Assembly: GCF_018977255.1 (NCBI RefSeq)
Contig: NW_024704746.1
Coordinates: 27,094,001-27,158,000, forward strand
Length of the DNA stretch: 64,000 bases
From: Callorhinchus milii
Lineage: Eukaryota
Reading direction: 5' to 3'
Below the pieces are notes generated by a model. It did not search any database. It had not been told where the DNA came from and saw only the letters and a list, made by a program, of their open reading frames with translations. Below, piece by piece: positions 25,182-44,250 of this stretch. The number at the start of each line of letters is the position of its first letter. Within the stretch, counting starts at the first letter, position 1. The position numbers were made by a program, and so were the translations under genes.

Positions 25182-26646
25182 GTTGCAGTCGGATTCTCTC
25201 TCAGATCTGAGGCTGTGGAAACGAGAAGAGACTCTGAATGATGAGAGGCTGGAGATCCTCCTGTATATATACATCCTCTCTGTCCTGTCGTAGTTACACC
25301 ATTGACGCAACCTTCAGTACCGGAAAATGATTTCACAATTGACCAACGCAAATAAGATTGTCGTCACGGAATACTACAACAACATTCTCATTATTGTTTT
25401 TCCTCAGCCCAAGATTTACTTTTCTGATATTTTAACAAACTTCCCAATTTAACAATCCAATCAGGAACTCGTGTCAATTAGCATTAATAATAAACATTGC
25501 ATTTGATATAGAGTCGCATCACATCTTTGAGACATTTCACGGAATATACTGAGAGTATATATTTTTTGTGGGCGAAACACTTTACGTTTTGCACTGCACA
25601 GGAATCAAACCCAGGTCCTCTCGCTTGCAAGGCGAGTCCTCAAGCAATTGCTACAGGATCCCACATCTTAATCATTCCCAATATGTGACAAAGTGTTGTT
25701 TGAGGGGTTCTTCCACAGAATTGTTTACTGATACTCTGAGAATTCACAAAGCGTGAGAACAGTAGCTGTGTCTGTTTTGCAATACTTTCCGTTGCTTTTT
25801 ATTATGTAGAAATAGGGACTTGTTATTGGAAATAGATCAGCCTTTGGAATAGGGAAGTAATTTGTTGTTGTGATATAATATTCTTCACTATTTCTGTTAT
25901 CACCATCAATTCACTGCCCTTAGTCACTACACACTTCTGTGTGCTGATGATCAGCTCTGATCAGATCTTCCTCTACACAAGCCTCATTGGGCCCAAAGAG
26001 TTATTGCTGGACATGGAGGAGACCAATAACAGAAGCATTTCCAGGACAAATATTATTTAAGGGAATTGAATTGAAGATGAAGGGAATTGGAAATAGCGAA
26101 GAATATTATAGTACCACAACACATTGCACTTGTATAGCATCTTTCACATATAAAGGACGTCCCAAGGCGCTGGACAGTCAGGGATTTGGACCCAGTGCTG
26201 CGAGTTGGCATTGGGGGAGGGTGGAGGGCAAGGAGGGTGGGGGTAGGAGGGTGACCGATGGTGCGGTCGAACAGGAGGGTCTTGAGACGGGCCTTGAAGG
26301 AGGCAACTGTTGACCAACACGGTCTTTAGGACCTTTCTATAGCAGCCTGTCTAACATAGTGACAGCTGTAATTAATGCTGGTCTTAAACCCATTTAAAAC
26401 AATAGAATTCATAAGGTAAAGTGATGCTAATCTACAGATAACCTGTTAATAGGACCCAATGAAGGATTTTATCCTAATAATATACATGTTTTAAGGCTGG
26501 TAAAATGTCCTACAGAATTTTGTTAAGCCGTGGATTGCTGTATTAAACTCCTAATTCAGTCAATAACTTTACAAATGTTTGGGAGGAATTTCTCCTCCAA
26601 ATAGCCCCAAAGCCAAACAGACAGACTTTACTTCTCTGTCCCAACT

Positions 26647-26959
26647 TTTCACGGAATATACTGAGAGTATATATTTTATGTGGGCGAAACACTTTACGTT
26701 TTGCACTGCACAAATATCAAACCCAGGTCCTCTCGCTTGCAAGGCGAGTCCTCAAGCAATTGCTACAGGATCCCACATCTTAATCATTCCCAATATGTGA
26801 CAAAATGTTGTTTGAGGGGTTCTTCCACAGAATTGTTTACTGATACTCTGAGAATTCACAAAGCGTGAGAACAGTAGCTGTGTCTGTTTTGCAATACTTT
26901 CCGTTGCTCTTTATTATGTAGAAATAGTGACTTGTTATTAGAAATAGATCAGCCTTTGG
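26647..26959 (+). repeat. Direct duplicate of 25535-25847 forming the palindrome spacer
   Basis: Starts tttcacggaatatactgagagtatat and ends gaaatagatcagcctttgg in both places. ORF track shows near-identical 62-aa ORFs at 25568, 26680 and (reverse) 27843. Confidence 0.92.
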
Positions 26960-28254
26960 GACAGAGAAGTAAAGTCTGTCTGTCTGGCTTTGGGGCTATT
27001 TGGAGGAGAAGTTCCTCCCAAACATTTGTAAAGTTATTGACTGAATTAGGAGTTTAATACAGCAATCCACGGCTTAACAAAATTCTGTAGGACATTTTAC
27101 CAGCCTTAAAACATGTATATTATTAGGATAAAATCCTTCATTGGGTCCTATTAACAGTTTAGCTGTAGATTAGCATCACTTTACCTTATGAATTCTATTG
27201 TTTTAAATGGGTTTAAGACCAGCATTAATTACAGCTGTCACTATGTTAGACAGGCTGCTATAGAAAGGTCCTAAAGACTGTGTTGGTCAACAGTTGCCTC
27301 CTTCAAGGCCCGTCTCAAGACCCTCCTGTTCGACCGCACATTCGGTCACCCTCCTACCCCCACCCTCCTTGCCCTCCACCCACCCCGATCCCAACTCCCA
27401 GCACTGGGTCCAAATCCCTGACTGTCCAGCGCCTTGGGACGTCCTTTATATGTGAAAGATGCTATACAAGTGCAATGTGTTGTGGTACTATAATATTCTT
27501 CGCTATTTCCAATCCCCTTCACCTTCAATTCAATTCCCTTAAATAATATTTGTCCTGGAAATGCTTCTGTTATTGGTCTCCTCCATGTCCAGCAATAACT
27601 CTTTGGGCCCAATGAGGCTTGTGTAGAGGAAGATCTGATCAGAGCTGATCATCAGCACCCAGAACTGTGTAGTGACTAAGGGAAGTGAATTGATGGTGAT
27701 AACAGAAATAGTGAAGAATATTATATCACAACAACACATTACTTCCCTATTCCAAAGGCTGATCTATTTCCAATAACAAGTCACTATTTCTACATAATAA
27801 AGAGCAACGGAAAGTATTGCAAAACAGACACAGCTACTGTTCTCACGCTTTGTGAATTCTCAGAGTATCAGTAAACAATTCTGTGGAAGAACCCCTCAAA
27901 CAACACTTTGTCACATATTGGGAATGATTAAGATGTGGGATCCTGTAGCAATTGCTTGAGGACTCGCCTTGCAAGCGAGAGGACCTGGGTTTGATTCCTG
28001 TGCAGTGCAAAACGTAAAGTGTTTCGCCCACAAAAAATATATACTCTCAGTATATTCCGTGAAATGTCTCAAAGATGTGATGCGACTCTATATCAAATGC
28101 AATGTTTATTATTAATGACAATTGACACGAGTTCCTGATTGGATTGTTAAATTGGGAAGTTTGTTAAAATATCAGAAAAGTAAATCTTGGGCTAAGGAAA
28201 AACAATAATGAGAATGTTGTTGTAGTATTCCGTGACGACAATCTTATTTGCGTT

Positions 28255-28340
28255 GGTCAATTGTGAAATCATTTTGCGTTACTGAAGGTTGCGTCAATGG
28301 TGTAACTACGACAGGATAGAGAGGATGTATATATACAGGA
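28255..28340 (+). promoter_or_regulatory. SULT proximal promoter with TATA box (copy D; equivalents at ~12540-12630, ~18960-19050, ~25260-25350 on minus)
   Basis: TATATATA at 28328-28335, ~85 nt before the ATG; upstream TTGCGTCAAT (TGACGCAA on the other strand) and TTGGTCAA. The block is conserved in all four copies. Confidence 0.65.
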
Positions 28341-28417
28341 GGATCTCCAGCCTCTCATCATTCAGACTCTCTTCTCGTTTCCACAGCCTCAGATCTGAGA
28401 GAGAATCCGACTGCAAC

Positions 28418-31136
28418 ATGCCATCCCAGTCAGCCCTCGTCCACACCTTTAACGGGATTCCCTTTTCTACACGCTCATCAAAAGAGCTTTTACACACCTT
28501 GGACTCCTTTGAAGCCAGAGAGGATGATGTGCTGTTGGTGTCCTACCCAAAGTCAGGTAAGAAGTTTTACACATTAAATATAAAATCAAATCTCCAGAGA
28601 TAGGGAAGATGGTGTGTTTCTATTGATAATAGTTTGACAATATCTCACTCTCATCGTCTTTCTCTCTTCAACCCTCACAGGGACTCACTGGTTGGCAGAG
28701 ATCCTGAAAAACCTGTACCGCACTCAACAAGGTGCAAATGGCTGTGGAACAGTGACACTGACCTCTCCCATTGAGTTTGGAGATCCTTCCAAATACGAGG
28801 ACCTGAGAAATCTTCCTTCCCCGAGACTGATCCCCACACACCTGAACTACAAGATGTTGCCAGTGCAGCTCAAAACCAAGAAATGCAAGGTACAGACACT
28901 TGGCATTTTATTATAATTCAAAAAGAAAGTGTTTACTCAACGATTCTCTCTTGTTTTATAAACAGACTACGGTAAATGAGTCCAAAACCTTACATTGTCT
29001 GTTTAAGTTAATGAGAAATAATAATAATAATAATAATCCTGGCATTCAATATACTGCCTGATCATCTCATTGAGGCGTTTGAATACATTGCGCAGGAGTT
29101 TACTGTGAAATATTGTGACTGTGTATTTTTGTAGGTAACCTCTAATGTTATCGTAATAAAACCAGTACTCTGCAATAAAGTACTGTATTATAGGCATATA
29201 GTAATAACAGGTATTAGTTAGAACAAAATATTATTTCTGGTTTATTGATATGTAAATACTTGAAATCATTAAGCACCCCGTGTTTCCTTATGAAGCTAAT
29301 TTGATTTCAAAATTAAATGAATGAATGTTTCTAAACATGTTGTGTTCTCTCTTCTCACAGATGATCTACATCATCAGAAACCCTAAAGACACTGCTGTTT
29401 CCTTGTATCACTACTACAAAGATAATCCCAACCTGCCAACCGTTGACAAATGGACCACCTTTTTGGAAATGTTCCTTAGAGGAGAAGGTGAGATTATGTC
29501 ACAGTTAGTGATTGCTAATATTATTATTAGTAGTAGTTATTGTTACTATCGTTATTATTAGTAGTAGTTATTGTCACTAAATTTAATGTTAAAATTCTGA
29601 CCCATTCTCTCAATTTGTGAATAAATAAAAAATTCCTGGAAATAAAATCTAGATTTCTAGATCTACAAATTGCTCAACAATTATTCTTTTCTATTGCAGT
29701 TGTTTGTGGCTCGTGGTGCGATCACATTGTCAGTTGGGAGGAGCACAAAAATGATGACAATGTTCTCATTCTGTACTACGAAACCATGAAGAAGGTGAGA
29801 TACTGCACCAAGTTACCCACCAGATCTGTAACAAACTGCTCTGTGTTTCTCTTGGAGATAAGAATAACGGATGGAACCACATTACACGCTGCAACAACTT
29901 GCATTTATTTAGTGCCCTCATGCAGGGTGGCATTCCAGAGCACTTAATGCTTAGATTGAATTGAAATATGATCAGAGAGCTACAAATGACATTTATATCC
30001 ATTGAGGTTCCTCATTTCAATGGTTAAATTTATTGTTCATAAACAGTTGTTTCCCTCTGAAAGATACTGAAAACTTATAATAATCCTCACATTTGATATA
30101 GCGCTTTGAATGTCTCGACGTCTCAAAGTGCTTCACAGAATATACTGCAACATGAATTGACTGTATATTTGTGGGTGAAAGTATTATTATGTATGAATAA
30201 TAAGTTGATTCAGCAGCTTATCACATCATTGAACTGTCTCAAATTACTTCATGAGATCTACTGGAAAGTGTAGTGACTGTATTGTGTAGAACATTATTGC
30301 TTTCACACATACTAATGAATTTTTCTTCTCTGAATATTTTATCAGGATCCGACCGAGTGCGTTGAGCAGATCAGCACCTTCCTGGGTGTCAACCTGACTT
30401 CTGAGCAAATTGACGACATCACCAGGAAATCGTCCTTTAATGAGATGAAGGAACAGGCGCAGAAGGAAAAGGTCGATGCCAATAACACTGTGTGCGCTCT
30501 GACATCCAACAAGAGGCTGATATTCCGAAAAGGTTCGTCTCTGAATTGACGTCAATAGGTGTCGTTAGCTTTTGATTTACAATAATACTGACATCACTAT
30601 ATGTTGTGGCGGCAGCAAAGGGCTCAGAGAGGTCCGTTAGGTAACATGCGGACAGCACGAATACTGTTAGTAATCAGTGTGTGTTCCAACCCTGAACAGC
30701 CTTCAGTTGCTATTTGTCCTTTTCACCACCTGTGGCCCTACTTTACATGTTAATTTAGATTGGGATTCAATTGCAAATTAAAGTCAGAGGAAGGAATTCT
30801 CCGACTCAAAGCACTTCACAGAATATACTGTAAAGTGTAGTGACTGTGCATTTTGAGGGCAATTTCCACTGTGAGTAATAACAGCACTTAAAGGGAAACC
30901 ACTGAACATAGTTTAGCATCACCCAGAGCAGTTACAATCACATTATGTGTCTCTAAACTCTTGTTTGTGTTAATTACATATATTTCCCAGTCTAATCCAT
31001 GCGCCTCTTCTCTTTAGGTACTGTTGGAGACTGGAAGAACCATTTCAGCACAAGACAGAATAAACTGTTCGACGAGCGATTTGGAGAGAGAATGAATTCC
31101 AGTGAACTGGCAAAGTCTATTGAATATGAGAGTTAA
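28418..31136 (+). CDS. Cytosolic sulfotransferase, SULT6B-like, copy D (inverted; 291 aa)
   Basis: Exons 28418-28556, 28681-28889, 29361-29487, 29700-29794, 30346-30532, 31018-31136. Translates MPSQSALVHTFNGIPF...SYPKSGTHW...RNPKDTAVS...RKGTVGDWKNHF...KSIEYES*. Confidence 0.94.
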
Positions 31137-31285
31137 CATCGAGGGACATCAGTGAAGTCGGAAGAAGAAAATCTCTTGACACTAAATCAACAGAGTTAGG
31201 GAGAAAATATTGTAATGGCTATATTTATAATCATGTATAGAAATCTTTCTCTTATATTATTATATTGATAAATGTGTAAATAGCT

Positions 31286-31291
31286 TTTATT
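31286..31291 (-). terminator. Candidate polyadenylation signal of RECQL
   Basis: First minus-strand AATAAA (TTTATT on plus) found downstream of the stop at 31797. Confidence 0.5.
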
Positions 31292-31397
31292 TATAACAAG
31301 ATATTTTACAACTTTTTTTGGTCAGCAGGTAATTATTTGCTTATACAGTATTTGGAAATGACCTGTGCATTTTTTGTTTATCATATCAACTCAAACT

Positions 31398-31403
31398 AAT
31401 AAA
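31398..31403 (+). terminator. Candidate polyadenylation signal of SULT copy D
   Basis: First AATAAA after the stop codon at 31136. Confidence 0.55.
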
Positions 31404-31796
31404 AAAGTAAAAAAATGTATTGACTTGCTGATAACTTTCAACTTCATGGCACACATGTGTAAATCACGGGCTTTGAATGCCCACCCACATAATACTACTA
31501 CTAATAATAATAGCATTTGATATCTGTGCATAATTGGCTGCCGTGTTTCACCCACAAAATATACAGTCAATTAACTGTACAGTATATGCTGTGAAGCGCT
31601 TTGAGACGTCTCGATGACGTGATAAGGCACTATATCAAATGCAAGGATTATTATTATTTAAACAATGTCCAGATCTGACCCTATGGCAAAGACGCATATA
31701 AAGAAGCATTGGCTTGATACCACAGCATTTCCATCCCTCTAATGGTAGTAACAGAATAGGATTGTTCCTCTGGATGAATCAGTGCAATGTAATAGG

Positions 31797-40744
<8,948 letters not shown>

Positions 40745-41049
40745 TTCTGAAACAAAATATCTATAAAGCTAATATTTGGACACCTTCAAAGACCTGTAAA
40801 ACAGATGTAGAGAAATGCAGTTCAACTCTTAATCATGATATTCTTTACTTTCTTCAAAAAGAACATTAACATTTGTAAAAAGCGCTTAAAATGGTCCTTA
40901 AAATTTCAGCACTAATTTCAATTTGACCATTCATTTCTGGTAACACAAATTGAAAGGTATTGAGCTAAAGTTAGCTCCGCATCCAATTTCAAATCAACGT
41001 TGTGTTGAAAATTGACATCATGTAAGTGGGATTACAAGGAATCTGTGAG

Positions 41050-41660
41050 AAAAGGCCAACAGGTTTCTCAATTTTATAGAGTCAACGAGTGCAAAAGGAA
41101 GTGGCGATGCATCTGTTGGTTGTACCGCAGCTGGAATATCGGCGGCAGTTTGGGCTCCACATTATGGAATGGGTATTGGAGAGGGTGCGACACAAGGCTG
41201 GCAATCATAATGGATAACAATAATAAACAGAAAGAGAATAGAGGGTGGAATGTGTGGGATGGTGGCTCATGTGGAGTACAAACTCAGGGACGTGCTAGCA
41301 GGACCCAATTTATTTTATTTCGTGTGCGAGATTAGGCCCTACTGCAGTGCCGGTCACAGCCAACAGAGGGGAGAAACCATAGCTGTTGCCAGAAGCTCAA
41401 TCCTCATTTGATTATAGCGTCTTATCGCGTCATTGAGACGTCTCAAAGTGCTTCACAGGATATGTTGTAAAGTGGAGTGACTGTATTTTCATAACTATGC
41501 GGAGAGGTTAGAGAGGTCACAATTCAATTAATCGAGTTGGAAAAGTAGAAATGGCTGAGAAGTGATGTGCATGTTATTTCCTTTACGGAGTGTTACAAGA
41601 ACGTGGAAACCACTACCAGAATTTATGGCTGATGTACAAAGCATCAAAGCGTTTCAAAAC
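41050..41660 (+). mobile_element. Highly degraded CR1 ORF2 remnant, interrupted
   Basis: aaggccaacagg (KANR), cagctggaatat...cagtttgggctccacattat (LEY..QFWAPHY-like), ttggagagggtgc (LERV) and tatgcggagaggtta (Y.ERL). Confidence 0.55.
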
Positions 41661-41859
41661 TAAATGATGCCGACATGAGGGAGGAAGAGAATAGAGGGCG
41701 GAACGGGTGACTCATATGGAGTACAAACTCCGGCGCATGCGAGCGGGACCCAATTTTTTTTTATTTGGTGAGCGAGACTAGGTCTACTGCAGTGCCGATC
41801 ACAGCCAACAGAGGGGAGAAACCACAGCTGTTGCCAGAAGCTCAACCCTCATTCTTTTT

Positions 41860-44250
41860 TGGTCAGTCTGAGACGTGCGGAAAGCCGTCACCGTACTTAA
41901 GAGCATCCGAACCAAACCGAGAATTCCAGATATACTTGGGAGGGCTTTGGCTGCGGCGTCACCAGGAGCTGAGGGGGAGGATTCCCTGCCCCCAGTGACC
42001 GGTCGGCCCTTCCAGGTCCTGCCGATGAGCCGGGCCGGGCCCTGGGACACTGCGGCCCCTCCCGGCTCAAAAACCATGGACTAGAGACCGCCACAAGGGC
42101 GGGCGGGGGGGCCCGACCAGTCCAGCTCCCAAGGAGACCCCGCTTCCGTGTGTACTACACGCCCGCCCCGATAAAGGCGCATCCCGCCAATCGTGGCCGG
42201 GCGCGGGTTTACGCCAACCCGGAACGCGGGCGGGAACCACTATTTTCAGCGCCTCGGGACGCACGTGCTCCTGGGCCTGAAAGGCAACTGCACAAAGGTA
42301 ACACGTGGTGGCGGCGGCGGCGGTGGTGGTGGTGGGGATCTAACCCCACGCTCCAGCCCGTCTCCCCCACTTTATGGGGGGGGGGGGGGAAGAAGACAAA
42401 CAGACAGACATTTTCCACTGGTTGGACCAACTGGCAAAGCAGATGGAGGGTGACTGACTGACTGACCTGGAGGAGGAGATCGTGGTGCCACCACCACCAA
42501 CAGCAGCTTCTTTCTTTCTGTCTCTCTCTCTCTCACTCTGTTTCTCTTTCACTTTCAGCTGGTCAAGGACTTCCTGCTTCTCTCAACCAATCAGCGCTCG
42601 GGACGCTCGCCATTGGCTAGCATTCGACCAATAGCAGCAGCTCGTCCCCCCTTCCCCCCCACACACTCAACGTATAAACTGGACGCTCGCCATTGGTTAA
42701 CATCCGACCAATGGCAGCAACTCGACTCCACCCCCCCCCACCCCCGCCCCGCCCACCAGCCAATCACGTGTCGCAGGCTGACATTCTCTCCCCGCCCCCC
42801 CCCCCCGACTGACGTCACTGGCCTCGCGCCTGTAATAACGGTCGTTATTCAGGCGGCCATAACGGTTCCCAATGGCCGCCCTGAATGAAAAAAACCATTC
42901 AACGTCAAATCAACCCTCCCCCACCCCTCCCCCCCACCCCCACACCTCCACCCCCGCCCCGCGAGGCCGCTTCTCACACATGATATGATGACACCGACAT
43001 CACGTGGGTTTGCATCGGGCTCCGCTTTCGCCGCTCACCTGCGTTCGCGGCGGTCGAAGCGACACCGCGAGGACCTCACTCCGCAATCCGCCAGGGGCGG
43101 CGACAGGGGGCGGGTCTGTCCCGCCTGTCAGTCAGCGGTTGCCAGGGGCGGGGCGAGATCGCGGTCCGTCAGTCACTCAGTCAGTCAGTGGTTGCCAGGG
43201 GCGGGGCGTGACTCGCCTGTCAGTCAACGGTTGCCAGGGGGCGGGGTCGCTGTCAATCACGCAGTAAGCTGCAGTGTGATTGGGTCGGGGGTGGGGCCGT
43301 CAGGTGACCGCGCCCTCGCGTGGGAGGGGGGAGGGGGCGGGGCGGGGGCCCGCATCCGGCGCGTGTTTCCGGAAGACGTGGCGGCTGATGTGGAGGCGGT
43401 GGGCGGGAGCTGCTGCTGCTGCTGCGCTGCGGGGCCGCCAACATGATCTCCTTAACGGATTCGCAAAGTAAGCGACGTCTCTCGGGGGGGGGGGGAGTGA
43501 CCGGGGAGGGAGGGAGGGAGGGGTCAGGGCAAGTCCCGGACCACCAGCCGCTGGGCTGAGCCGCGGCCTCTGACCGGTTTCCAAGGCGACCGGCCCGGCC
43601 CGGCCTGGAGTCGAGGCCTACACGGCTGTGACCGGCATCAACGGCCCAGGCAGCGGGTCCGGTCAGCGGTTGAGGTGGTCAGGGAGGGAGGGAGGGAGGG
43701 AGGGGCTGAGGCTGTGTGAGCCACTGACTGACCGGTCCGGCCACTAACTCTTGTGTGGCCGCTCTCAGAGAGAGAGAGGGAGAGATTATCCCCAACAACA
43801 ACAACAACTTGTATTTGTGTGGCGCCCTCCACCCCGGGCGGCGTCTCGGAGCGCTCAGCAATGGCGGAGCCCGAGGTGGCGGTGGGGGGGAAGATGACCG
43901 ACCCCAGTCGGGTAGATCCCATCCCAATAATAATAATAATTTGGTCGCTTCGATCCACCACTGTTTGTGGGGCGCTGCCGTGCCCAATTGGCTGCCCCGT
44001 CTCAACCCACAAAGCACACGGGCGCTACACTTTACAGTGTATCCCGTCAGGCGCTTTGAGACGTCTCGAAGACGGGATACGGCCCAGGATCAGATGCGAG
44101 GATTATTATCATTATTAACGATCCATCTCCGGGATTTTCCGCGTGTGGTCGGGATGCATAGTTTGGAGCACAGCTTGGTTCGGAGACCCTTCAGCGGGGT
44201 GATGGGTTCTCCCCCCCCACGGCACGTGCTTCGGAGACTCCAAACCAAAC
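41860..44250. promoter_or_regulatory. CpG island / bidirectional promoter of RECQL and GOLT1B
   Basis: Abrupt GC- and CpG-rich stretch between divergent genes. Multiple CCAAT boxes (42587-42765), GC boxes (GGGGCGGGG), palindromic CRE TGACGTCA at 42810-42817, CACGTG E-boxes, ETS-like CCGGAAG near 43369. Confidence 0.88.

Larger units (their letters stand above)
24697..28902. repeat. Large inverted repeat: arms ~24697-26644 and ~26956-28902, spacer ~311 bp
   Basis: Matching positions sum to ~53599 throughout: ATGs 25181/28418, exon ends 24710/28889, mirrored ORFs 25568/28031 and 25987/27612. Only scattered substitutions between arms. Confidence 0.95.

Noticed and set aside
25940-25970. CTGATGA with a small hairpin in the palindrome arms
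   Set aside because: No GAAA core or stem III, so not a hammerhead; no paired C/D boxes either.
25568-28031. Three copies of a 62-aa ORF (MGETLYVLHC...)
   Set aside because: Non-ATG start inside an antisense SINE fragment; the repetition is explained by the palindrome and spacer duplication.
28325-28417. In-frame upstream ATG (MYIYRRISS..., 31-aa extension) in all SULT copies
   Set aside because: The ATG abuts the TATATATA box, so it is probably not transcribed; the downstream ATG gives a typical SULT length.
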